The notes under the pieces: model-generated
What the model was told of the DNA's origin: nothing
The model's input: only the letters and a program-made list of their open reading frames with translations
Database searches by the model: none
Origin: a bacterium
GTDB lineage: Bacteria > Patescibacteriota > Microgenomatia > Woykebacterales > RBG-16-39-9b
NCBI GenBank assembly: GCA_030704665.1
Contig: JAUYID010000009.1
Location: 64,163-128,162 of the forward strand
Reading direction: 5' to 3'
Length of the DNA: 64,000 nucleotides
Translations under genes and position numbers: made by a program
In this document: positions 1 through 8,013 of the stretch, piece by piece
How positions within the stretch are numbered: position 1 is the stretch's first letter
Layout of the letters: each line of letters begins with the position of its first letter

Positions 1-864
1 TGGAACTTAAGTCAGATAAAAATACCCAACTACAGTCGAGCAGAAGTCTTTCAAGTGGAAAAAAGGGCCGTCAGTGAAGCTGAGAGCAAAGCTTTGGCTA
101 GTCGGCTCGGTTTTGGTGATAAACCAAAAGAGGTAAAAACTCCAGGCGGTTCGCTTTGGCACTATCAGTCCTTTAATAAGATTCTTGATATCGTTGCCTC
201 GGCGGGCACAATCTCCTTTAAGGACGCGAATAAAATAAAAGCCATTTTTGCTAAAAACCTCAATAAGAGAATAAACCTTGTCCAAGCAACTGAAAAAGCT
301 AAAAACTTTCTTAATAGTTTGGGTTTGTTTTACGCTGATAAACCAGTTAGTTTGGAGGTAAGTAATGTCCTCTACTTTAATCCCCCAAAGGGAACTCTCG
401 ACATTAGTCACTACGGTACCACCGCGGACGACGCAACTGTAGTTTCGATCAGCTTTCAGAAAAAAGTTGCTGGTCTCCCAATCAGATTGCAAGGCGGAAG
501 TGATGAAGTTTCGGTGACGGTCACCCGCAATGACGAGGTCTCGGGCTTTTTCTTGAACAATCTGAAAGTGAAAAGCCTTTCGGCTCGCTATCCTTTGAAA
601 AAGGACGGGGAAGTAAGAAAGCAGCTTTTGGCCGGTAAAGGTACTTTGGTCGGCTATGTCAACCAAAGTCAGGATGGTGGCGGTTTTGTTGAAGCCAACC
701 CAACCTCAGTCTTTATCCAGACAGGGCAGTTAGCTTATTATAACGATTTGGAAACGGGCTACTTGCAGCCGGTCTTTGAATTTTCCGCGCAGGCAGTTAA
801 AAATAACCGTTTTTACGAGGCTCTAGTCGATTTACCTGCAGTTGATTCCAAGTATTTTAAATAA
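1..864 (+). CDS. hypothetical protein, 5'-partial (the frame is open to the window start)
   Basis: Frame-1 ORF has no stop between nt 1 and the stop at 864. The translation looks protein-like. The overlapping minus ORF 7..666 looks like an alternate-frame artefact. Confidence 0.5.
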   Translation, partial: WNLSQIKIPNYSRAEVFQVEKRAVSEAESKALASRLGFGDKPKEVKTPGGSLWHYQSFNKILDIVASAGTISFKDANKIKAIFAKNLNKRINLVQATEKAKNFLNSLGLFYADKPVSLEVSNVLYFNPPKGTLDISHYGTTADDATVVSISFQKKVAGLPIRLQGGSDEVSVTVTRNDEVSGFFLNNLKVKSLSARYPLKKDGEVRKQLLAGKGTLVGYVNQSQDGGGFVEANPTSVFIQTGQLAYYNDLETGYLQPVFEFSAQAVKNNRFYEALVDLPAVDSKYFK

Positions 865-889
865 TCTTTGAAGCTCTGAAATTTAGGTT

Positions 890-1279
890 TTACGCTGGGC
901 AATTGATCCCACCTAAACCAGGGACACAGAAAGTGCCGATCTTGCCGATGCCGGTAAACTGGGCGATAAAACCGATGATCAAGTAACTAGCAATGATAAA
1001 GACCAGTCCAGCCACCGCCCAAAAAAGGGTCAGACGAGCTTGGGAAAGGGCCTTAGGGTCCCCCTGGGCGGTCATGTAGCGGAAACCCCCAATGATGAGG
1101 TAAATTAGGACTACGAAACCTGCAAGAATGGCAATCGCGTTGAGGACATTGCCAAAAAGAACGGTGAGCTGGTCAATATGGACATAGCCGTCCTTAGCGG
1201 TAACTTGAGCCGCGAAAGCGGGCTTGCCAAGTAAAAGGAAGGCGGGGAGAGCCGAAACTGTGGACAGGATCTTAGCCAT
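890..1279 (-). CDS. TrbC/VirB2-family pilin-like membrane protein (paralog 1 of 7)
   Basis: Signal-peptide-like N-terminus MAKILSTVSALPAFLLLG. Core is two TM helices flanking a GGFRYMTAQGDPKA loop motif, shared with the six paralogs at 2583-5290. Start chosen at the internal Met (MAKIL) rather than 1297. Confidence 0.7.
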   Translation of the reverse strand: MAKILSTVSALPAFLLLGKPAFAAQVTAKDGYVHIDQLTVLFGNVLNAIAILAGFVVLIYLIIGGFRYMTAQGDPKALSQARLTLFWAVAGLVFIIASYLIIGFIAQFTGIGKIGTFCVPGLGGINCPA

Positions 1280-2573
1280 GAATATATCTTCCCACAATAA
1301 AATAAAGCCGTCAAACTTGGTTTATTTTTTGAAAACGCAGGTTTGGCTAAAAGAAAAATACTTGCTTCTTGGACTTTTTTTCTTTGATTTTGGTTTGAGA
1401 CTCTTTCGCCTTTGGGAACCAGCCCAAGCCTATTTCGATGAGCAAGCCTATTATTTACCCGCCGCCCGTGGGTATCTTGAAGGCAACCCAAGTCTTAATT
1501 TGGAGCACCCTCCTCTAGCTAAGTTGCTCCTTGCTTTTTCAATAAAACTTTTTGGGGACAATTTTTTTGGCTGGAGGTTTTTTGGGGTTTTGCTGGCTAG
1601 TTTGAGTGTGGTGGTTCTTTACTTATTGACTAAAGAAATAACTAGGAGTAGGAAAGTTGCCTTTTTGGCTAGTAGTCTTCTTATTTTCGATTTTGGCTGG
1701 TTTGCTCTTTCGCGAGTCGGAACAATCGATATTTACTTAGCAAGTTTTTCTTTTTTGGGAGCTTACTTTGTCTTTAGGCTCTGGAGAGAAGGAAGAGTAC
1801 ACCACCTCGCTTTCGCTGGTCTAAGTTTGGGGGCAGCTTTTGCGTCCAAATGGAGTTCCGTACTGATTATTTTTTGGCTGATACTCTTTTTGCTTGTCTT
1901 CTGGAAAAAGAGTCTGCAGATAAAAATGCTGTCTTTGTTTGCAATCTTAGGACTGATTGGAGCGGTCTACTTGGCTAGTTACCTTCCTTTAATAGTTAAA
2001 CACGGTTGGGAGGGTTTTGTAGAAACCCACTTTTGGATGGTGCAGTACCATAACAATTTTGTTCCCAGTAAAACGGCTGAAGCACTTTCGGGGCTCAAAG
2101 GTAAATTTTACCCCTTTCCGGCTTGGAGCTGGCTGCTTGATCCGGTCTTCCCTTTCTTTGGGGAAGTTAGGGATGGTACGGTCCGGACGATCCTTTTCTT
2201 TTTTAACCCTTTGGTTTTGTGGGGGGGTTTTGCTTCCTTAACTTACTTAATTTGGGAACAGCGCCACAAAATTGATCCAGAAAAAATCTTCGTCATTGGC
2301 GCAGTCTTTTTCCTCTGGGCTCCTTGGTTAGCTAGTCCGCGCTACTCTCTTCATTACTATCTTTTGCCCGCCCTTCCCTTTCTCTGTTTTTGCTTTGCTT
2401 TGGGGATCAAAAAAGTTTGGCAGAGAAGTACTAGCCTAGCCTACAGTCTGGTTGCGGTCAGCCTACTTCTCTTTGTTGTCTATTACCCGCTCATTTCAGC
2501 ACTAAAGGTACCTTATTTTTACTCACGAATAGTTTCGGGAATTGTGGAATTTAAGAACGTACCGGGTAAATAG
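1278..2573 (+). CDS. GT39/PMT-like phospholipid-carrier-dependent glycosyltransferase (polytopic membrane protein)
   Basis: N-terminal DEQAYY...EHPPLAK motif typical of the PMT/ArnT-like GT-C fold, followed by many TM helices. Start is uncertain: the ATG at 1278 overlaps the divergent paralog-1 start by 2 nt. Confidence 0.55.
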   Translation: MNISSHNKIKPSNLVYFLKTQVWLKEKYLLLGLFFFDFGLRLFRLWEPAQAYFDEQAYYLPAARGYLEGNPSLNLEHPPLAKLLLAFSIKLFGDNFFGWRFFGVLLASLSVVVLYLLTKEITRSRKVAFLASSLLIFDFGWFALSRVGTIDIYLASFSFLGAYFVFRLWREGRVHHLAFAGLSLGAAFASKWSSVLIIFWLILFLLVFWKKSLQIKMLSLFAILGLIGAVYLASYLPLIVKHGWEGFVETHFWMVQYHNNFVPSKTAEALSGLKGKFYPFPAWSWLLDPVFPFFGEVRDGTVRTILFFFNPLVLWGGFASLTYLIWEQRHKIDPEKIFVIGAVFFLWAPWLASPRYSLHYYLLPALPFLCFCFALGIKKVWQRSTSLAYSLVAVSLLLFVVYYPLISALKVPYFYSRIVSGIVEFKNVPGK

Positions 2574-2582
2574 GAAACCTTT

Positions 2583-2987
2583 TTAGGTGGTACAAGGAGC
2601 AGTGCCAACCCCAGCAGTTCTGGTGGCTCCGGGAAAGACAAAGCTAAAGATGTTGATTCCGAGTACGCTAGCCAAAATCAAGGTAATAGCGAAAGCGGCC
2701 ACCACAATCAGAAGACCAACAACGGCCGAAGTGATTCGGTCTCGAGCTGCTTGAGCAGCAGCTTTGTCTCCACCAGCGGTGATCCACTGAATACCGCCAA
2801 TGACGATAAAGACAAAGGCGAGAAGTCCGGCAACAAAGAAAAGAAGGAGCAAGACGTTGGAAATGATTTTACCCAAATTGTAGAAAGGAATTTGGGTTGA
2901 ATCAAAAGAAATACAAGCGGCATAGGCACTGCGAGCAAAAGCTAAAGGAGCTAAAAGTGCCGGTGCAGCGTAGAGCAGTTTTTTCAT
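2583..2987 (-). CDS. TrbC/VirB2-family pilin-like membrane protein (paralog 2)
   Basis: MKKLLYAAPALLAPLAFA signal peptide. Loop motif GGIQWITAGGDKAAAQAARDRITSA between two hydrophobic helices. Confidence 0.7.
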   Translation of the reverse strand: MKKLLYAAPALLAPLAFARSAYAACISFDSTQIPFYNLGKIISNVLLLLFFVAGLLAFVFIVIGGIQWITAGGDKAAAQAARDRITSAVVGLLIVVAAFAITLILASVLGINIFSFVFPGATRTAGVGTAPCTT

Positions 2988-3043
2988 TAATTTAAGATTA
3001 ATGCTAAGGGTCATTTCTTGTCAAGTAGTTAGTTGCTTGCTTC

Positions 3044-3376
3044 TCAAGGAGCAGGTGGGGGTTCGACACTGGAGAAGTTAAAGCCAAAGATATTTAGTCC
3101 CAGAACCGCTCCCACGATCAGGGTAATCGCGAAGGCTGCAACTACAATTATCAGACCAATGATTGAGTTGGTGATTCTCGTTCGGGCAGCGGCAACGTTT
3201 TTTGGATCCCCACCGGCCGAAATCCACTGGATTCCACCGATGAGCAAATTGGCAAAAAAAGCTAGACCGGCGACAAAATAGGCCAGAAAAAGCAGGACCC
3301 GAAGGATTTGGCCCAAATTGGTAAAACCGCTTAAATTGACGACGTTGAATTGAAAAAGCATGTTAAATAACAGCAA
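3044..3376 (-). CDS. TrbC/VirB2-family pilin-like membrane protein (paralog 3)
   Basis: GGIQWISAGGDPKNVAAARTRITNS core. Sits in tandem with its neighbours. Confidence 0.65.
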   Translation of the reverse strand: MLLFNMLFQFNVVNLSGFTNLGQILRVLLFLAYFVAGLAFFANLLIGGIQWISAGGDPKNVAAARTRITNSIIGLIIVVAAFAITLIVGAVLGLNIFGFNFSSVEPPPAP

Positions 3377-3659
3377 TACCCGGAATTCTAAAAATTGTGG
3401 CGATTAGTTGCAGTATTAAAACCGCCGCCACAACAATGACGATACCGATCACCGCCCGGGTGATGGTCTTTTGACCCTCGGCGGCGGCTTTTTCATCTCC
3501 ACCCGCGGTCAGAAAACGAAAACCTCCAACCAGTAACATGGCAAAGAAAACCAACCCAGAAGCTCCTAGTGCAAGTGAATAGAGGCTCTTAATAAACGTA
3601 TCTGGATTTAAGTTTAATCCCAGAAGACCGACGTTAATTTTCCCGATATAGTCTGGCAT
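3363..3659 (-). CDS. TrbC/VirB2-family pilin-like membrane protein (paralog 4)
   Basis: GGFRFLTAGGDEKAAAEGQKTITRA core. Overlaps the downstream paralog by 14 nt. Confidence 0.65.
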   Translation of the reverse strand: MPDYIGKINVGLLGLNLNPDTFIKSLYSLALGASGLVFFAMLLVGGFRFLTAGGDEKAAAEGQKTITRAVIGIVIVVAAVLILQLIATIFRIPGIAVI

Positions 3660-3661
3660 GA

Positions 3662-3988
3662 TTAAAAAGGTAGTCGTGTTCCGGTGTAGTTGGCGAGCCG
3701 GAAGACTATTTGAATTATGATGAAAGCCGCTAAAATTATCAACAGCCCAATCCCCGCGTTGGTAATCGTTTGTCTTGCTTCTCCAAGCGCTTTGTCGTCC
3801 CCGCGAGAAGTCATAAAGCGGATCCCGCCCCAGATGAGTAGAAAGAAAAAGACGACTCCGGCCGCCCCGAGAGCAAAATTGATTATAAAAGTGAGAAGGT
3901 TGCCGAGACTATCAAAAATTCGGGCCGGGGCGAAGGCAGTTCTTAAATCAATTCCTTGAGCGTTGACCGGGGAAGCAAAGGGTGTCAT
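3662..3988 (-). CDS. TrbC/VirB2-family pilin-like membrane protein (paralog 5)
   Basis: GGIRFMTSRGDDKALGEARQTITNA core. Confidence 0.65.
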   Translation of the reverse strand: MTPFASPVNAQGIDLRTAFAPARIFDSLGNLLTFIINFALGAAGVVFFFLLIWGGIRFMTSRGDDKALGEARQTITNAGIGLLIILAAFIIIQIVFRLANYTGTRLPF

Positions 3989-4374
3989 GGCACGACGCTC
4001 CCAGTGAAGATATTGTAATGAAGAACTTCTTGAATGATAAAACCGATGACGCCGACGGAGAGAATTATAAGTAAACCAATTATCGCTCCGGTGATGGTGG
4101 AACGGGCAGCGCCAACTGCCTTGGGATCTCCCTGGGCGGTCATGTATTTAAAGCCACCCCAAATCAAAAGCAGAGTAGCCACCATACCGGCCAAAACAAT
4201 TACCGTTGGCAGAAGGAGGGTGAGAATGTTGCCCAAATTTAAGCCTGAGCCAAACTTCGTCTCCAGAGGATCAGTGATATCGTTGAGTGTAGGAAAATCG
4301 CCGGCAAGGGTTGAGCTCGCACTGAGAAAATAAGCAGCGAAAATTGGAAGGCTAAAGAAAAGTTTTTTCTTCAT
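3985..4374 (-). CDS. TrbC/VirB2-family pilin-like membrane protein (paralog 6)
   Basis: MKKKLFFSLPIFAAYFLSASSTLA signal peptide. GGFKYMTAQGDPKAVGAARSTITGA core. Start placed at the internal Met. Confidence 0.7.
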   Translation of the reverse strand: MKKKLFFSLPIFAAYFLSASSTLAGDFPTLNDITDPLETKFGSGLNLGNILTLLLPTVIVLAGMVATLLLIWGGFKYMTAQGDPKAVGAARSTITGAIIGLLIILSVGVIGFIIQEVLHYNIFTGSVVP

Positions 4375-4378
4375 TGTC

Positions 4379-5290
4379 TTAGCCCAAAGGTAAACCAAGG
4401 ACGGTGATACCGATTAGACGCAGCAGGAAAACCGCAAAGATGGCAAAGAGTAAGCCGGTGATCGCGGCGGTGATGACACCCCGGGTTTCCTGGAGAGCTT
4501 TGGGGTCTCCTTGACTGGAGACTAGGCGTATTCCTCCGTAGAGGAGGACAAGGAAAGAAATTCCCCCAACCAAACCTAAAAAGAGGGAAAGCATGCCCTG
4601 GACAAAGCCTTTGACGGTCGGGCAAGAAGTAAAGCCCAGAGAAACTTTATCACAGTCACCGGTTGGGCTGCCGAAAGCAGCGTCAAGGGTTTGAGGTACT
4701 GGTGGTACGTCGAGTTCTTTTTGGTCGGAAACTAAAGATATCGTCAAAGCGGTTTGACAGCTGATCGAATCCTTTAGAGAACCTCCTGGAGAGGCCGGAT
4801 TGTCCATAGAAGGGTTTTCCAGAGTGACGGTGTGTTCCCCATAGTGGACGGCGGCAAAACCCTTAAATTTTACTGCTAGGTAACGTCCAGCTAAAGTAGC
4901 ACTGCCCTTATAGGTCAAAATGACTCCATTGTCCAAAGTTTCCTGTCCGGTTAGGTCAGTTTTGATGCGTAAACTCATTTTCCGTGGGGTGCCTTGGAAG
5001 TGGTCGTAAAAATCCCAGTAAATATTGGGCGGGTAAACTTCATCATCTTGGGGAGTGAGTCTTGTATCGACGTAATATGTGAAATTGACAGTAGCAGACG
5101 TATCGTCATCGCTGGGGAAGGGTACGTAGTAAAGAGCTGATTTGTCGATTTTTAGCGATGGGGCGTTGGGAGTGACACTCCAACTACAAATGTCAGTTGC
5201 TGCCTGGACTGGAGATGGTTCCACCAAGAAAAAGAAATTGGCCAGGAAAACAAAGCTTAAAAGAAAGGCAAGAAAAAATTTCTTAGGCAT
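4379..5290 (-). CDS. secreted ~210-aa ectodomain fused to a C-terminal TrbC/VirB2-like domain (paralog 7)
   Basis: N-terminal signal peptide and a Cys-containing extracellular region. The C-terminus carries the family core GGIRLVSSQGDPKALQETRGVITAAITGLLF. Confidence 0.65.
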   Translation of the reverse strand: MPKKFFLAFLLSFVFLANFFFLVEPSPVQAATDICSWSVTPNAPSLKIDKSALYYVPFPSDDDTSATVNFTYYVDTRLTPQDDEVYPPNIYWDFYDHFQGTPRKMSLRIKTDLTGQETLDNGVILTYKGSATLAGRYLAVKFKGFAAVHYGEHTVTLENPSMDNPASPGGSLKDSISCQTALTISLVSDQKELDVPPVPQTLDAAFGSPTGDCDKVSLGFTSCPTVKGFVQGMLSLFLGLVGGISFLVLLYGGIRLVSSQGDPKALQETRGVITAAITGLLFAIFAVFLLRLIGITVLGLPLG

Positions 5291-5395
5291 TAAACCTATT
5301 TTAGGCCAAAAGGGACAAGAAAGTCAAAAGTTCCTGACCGCCGAGCGTGACAATTTGATTTCTGAAGCAAATTCAGCTATGATGGATTCTCTTGC

Positions 5396-7159
5396 ATGAA
5401 AAAGACTTTGGGTCTTTTGGCTCTTCTCCTCATCAGTACTCTTTTTATCAAAACTGTCTCTGCAGATCAGCTTGACGATGTCCAAAACCAAATCAAGAAA
5501 AAAAACTCCGAGTATACCTCGGCCCAAAGAGCGCTAGCTCAGATTCAAAAGGACCTCGCCTCAATCGGTGGAGCCCTGCAGGGAACTCAAAGTCAGCTCG
5601 ACAGTGCCAATACGCAGATCGACTCCGCTAAGGACGAGCTAAAGAAAATCGAAAAGACGATTCTTTCCAAACAGAAAAGCCTGGATTATTTGACCAAAGT
5701 GCGCAACCAACAGATTCGCTCGATTTATACTCATCCACAGTTAAGCGGTTTGGAGTTAATTTTTTCTTCAGGGAATCTTTCCCGTCTGCCGGAAATTGGG
5801 GTTTATCAAAGTAAGGTGGTCGGAGATTCTCAGGGAATGATCAAACTGGTCAACCGTGAGCTAGCTGACTTTAAAAAAACGCAAACAGAAATCGTCAAGG
5901 CCAAAACCGATCTAGAATCTTTAGCTAGTCAGATCAGCTCTAAGCTAGCTGCTTTGGAGGGAAGCTACTATTCGACTGCAAGTGTGCAGAACAGTTTGAA
6001 CAACCAAGTCAAACAAATTCGCCGGACTCTAACTAACCTCAACAAGCAACAAAAGGAACTTATCGCTGCCAAATACGGCATCACCTCCTCCCCAATTGGC
6101 AGTGTGCCGCCGACGGGAGACCCGAATTCGCAAAAAAACTTTAACCCTCCTTTCAGACCTGCCTTTGCCATCTTCTCCTTTGGTGCTTATACCCACCGCA
6201 ACGGGATGAGCCAATATGGGGCTCTCGGTCGAGCCAGCAAAGGGCAAAGTGCGCAGCAAATCTTGAAAGCATACTATCCGGGCACGACTCTTAATAAGAG
6301 CTATCCTGTGCCCGCAACCATTAAAGTCAATGGTACGAATGAATATGGGCAGACTTTTAACAATGTCACCTACACTTTCGACGAATACTTGATGCGCCTC
6401 TATGAAGTTCCTTCTTATTGGAACGATTTGTACGCTGGTAAAGGAAAACAGGTTTTGCGGGCTCAGGCGGTTGCGGCACGGAGTTATGCGATCCGTTACG
6501 GATCTCCGATCTGCCCTTCACAAAGTTGCCAGGTTGTAAAAAAAGAAAAAAACTCGGCCGCCTGGCAACAAGCGGTCAAGGACACCAAAAACTGGGTTCT
6601 GACCGGAGGTAGTGGTAGTTTTCAGTATTCGTCAACTTCAGGGGGTTATTTAAACACCTCGGGTTGGGATACGACTTGCCACGGCTTTAGCTGTTGGCTT
6701 TCCGGGGGAGCCTACGAAGCAATCGGCGGCTCGCCTTGGTTTTACAAAGGTTGGTACAAAGATCTCAACGGGGCTCGTTGTGGACGCAGCCACCCCTGGC
6801 TGACCAAGGCAGAGTTTACGGATCTACTAAATTCCTGGGTTGTCTACACCAAAGGTAGTGGGTCAGACCAAGCCCGGGTGATTTCGATTGACTACAAGTC
6901 TTGTTGGGGAGGAACGGCCAGTCCCTATTCTTTGAGCCAAATGAAGACGCGAGCTGGTCAACTCGGGGGAAGTTACACTAGTGTATCTACAGCTTCGGTT
7001 ACTTACAGTGGTTCGGGCTTTACCAGCAAAGCGAAGTTTGTCACCAACCGCGGTTATTTAGAGATTGACGGACAGGTGTTTTCTGACATTCTAAATTTAC
7101 GTTTGCCGGGAAAGCTAGCGGTCAAAACACCTCTTTACAATATTGAATCGAGATTTTAA
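5396..7159 (+). CDS. SpoIID/LytB-domain protein with an N-terminal signal peptide and a coiled-coil region
   Basis: Signal peptide, then a long heptad-like Q/K/L-rich stretch. C-terminal part contains SpoIID/LytB-type motifs (HRNGMSQYGA...AQAVAARSYA). Confidence 0.65.
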   Translation: MKKTLGLLALLLISTLFIKTVSADQLDDVQNQIKKKNSEYTSAQRALAQIQKDLASIGGALQGTQSQLDSANTQIDSAKDELKKIEKTILSKQKSLDYLTKVRNQQIRSIYTHPQLSGLELIFSSGNLSRLPEIGVYQSKVVGDSQGMIKLVNRELADFKKTQTEIVKAKTDLESLASQISSKLAALEGSYYSTASVQNSLNNQVKQIRRTLTNLNKQQKELIAAKYGITSSPIGSVPPTGDPNSQKNFNPPFRPAFAIFSFGAYTHRNGMSQYGALGRASKGQSAQQILKAYYPGTTLNKSYPVPATIKVNGTNEYGQTFNNVTYTFDEYLMRLYEVPSYWNDLYAGKGKQVLRAQAVAARSYAIRYGSPICPSQSCQVVKKEKNSAAWQQAVKDTKNWVLTGGSGSFQYSSTSGGYLNTSGWDTTCHGFSCWLSGGAYEAIGGSPWFYKGWYKDLNGARCGRSHPWLTKAEFTDLLNSWVVYTKGSGSDQARVISIDYKSCWGGTASPYSLSQMKTRAGQLGGSYTSVSTASVTYSGSGFTSKAKFVTNRGYLEIDGQVFSDILNLRLPGKLAVKTPLYNIESRF

Positions 7160-7225
7160 ACCGAATCGAACTTTACCTACCAAGTCACGGTTGTTAAAAT
7201 AAGGTAACTTAAATAAAAGTAAAAT

Positions 7226-7771
7226 ATGTCTGAGACCGATTTGTCTTCCTGCCGTTTTGAGACGCAAGGGCCAGATGAGAAAATTGAACTGCTGTTGCGG
7301 GCTCACGAAATCACCAATTTAGGTTGGATTGTTAGTGTGGTCGTGCTCGCCTTTTTTGGGCTGGGTTTTTTTCTTTTTAGTTTGACGCTTGATTCCCCCT
7401 TCTCAACTTTGCAGTCGGCCCTTCTTTTGGTTGTTTGGCTACTTTTGCTGATCGGTTTTGCCTTGCAACGCTATCTCTATTGGTTTTTTAATGTTTACCT
7501 GGTCACCAACAAAAAAATAGTTGATGTTGATTTTCTCAACCTTTTTTACAAACAGATTTCTGAAACTCCACTGGAAAACATTCAGGACAGTACCTATCGA
7601 GCGGCTGGTTTTTTCCAAAACCACTTTGATTACGGTGATTTGATGATCCAAACCGCTGGTGAGACGGAAAATTTTGAATTTTTGAATATTCCTGATCCAG
7701 ATGGAGTCCAAGAAAAAATCATGGATTTATCAGCGCAAGCCAAAAAAGTTTTGGGAAGGAACCCCCTTTAG
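7226..7771 (+). CDS. membrane protein, possibly a bacterial PH (bPH_2/YdbS-like) domain protein
   Basis: Two TM helices followed by a ~90-aa soluble domain. The family assignment is by weak resemblance only. Confidence 0.4.
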   Translation: MSETDLSSCRFETQGPDEKIELLLRAHEITNLGWIVSVVVLAFFGLGFFLFSLTLDSPFSTLQSALLLVVWLLLLIGFALQRYLYWFFNVYLVTNKKIVDVDFLNLFYKQISETPLENIQDSTYRAAGFFQNHFDYGDLMIQTAGETENFEFLNIPDPDGVQEKIMDLSAQAKKVLGRNPL

Positions 7772-7773
7772 CT

Positions 7774-8013
7774 ATGGAATTCGATCTCTTAAGCACTCTT
7801 CCCTTGACCGGGACGCAGCTTAGTCTAGTTTTTAAGACAGTTTTGATCGTCTTTTTGTTGGTCTATCTTCTAATTTCTTTTTTGGTTTCAAGACAGATTC
7901 AAGTCATGAACAAGGTTTTAACTACCGCCGATCACGGTAAGATTACTGCCTACGGAAACCTTAATTTGCTCCTCGCTCTAGCCGTTTTAATACTAGTAAT
8001 CATTTTTTTCTAA
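7774..8013 (+). CDS. small membrane protein
   Basis: 79 aa with two hydrophobic helices. Stop abuts the start of the downstream gene. Confidence 0.35.
   Translation: MEFDLLSTLPLTGTQLSLVFKTVLIVFLLVYLLISFLVSRQIQVMNKVLTTADHGKITAYGNLNLLLALAVLILVIIFF

Noticed and set aside
7-666. 219-aa minus-strand ORF from the track
   Set aside because: It lies entirely inside the plus-strand ORF that is open to the window start. Its translation is Phe/Tyr-rich and reads like an alternate-frame artefact. The plus frame reads like a real protein.
1278-1297. Using the longest-ORF starts (1224 for the glycosyltransferase, 1297 for pilin paralog 1)
   Set aside because: These would make the two divergent genes overlap by 74 nt. 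Internal Met starts (1278 and 1279) give an N-terminal signal peptide for the pilin and remove most of the overlap. Both starts remain uncertain.
2708-4333. Antisense ORFs inside the pilin paralogs (2708-2938 -, 3033-3281 +, 3717-3959 +, 4034-4333 +)
   Set aside because: Each lies opposite to, or in an alternate frame of, a conserved TrbC/VirB2-like gene and encodes a low-complexity product.
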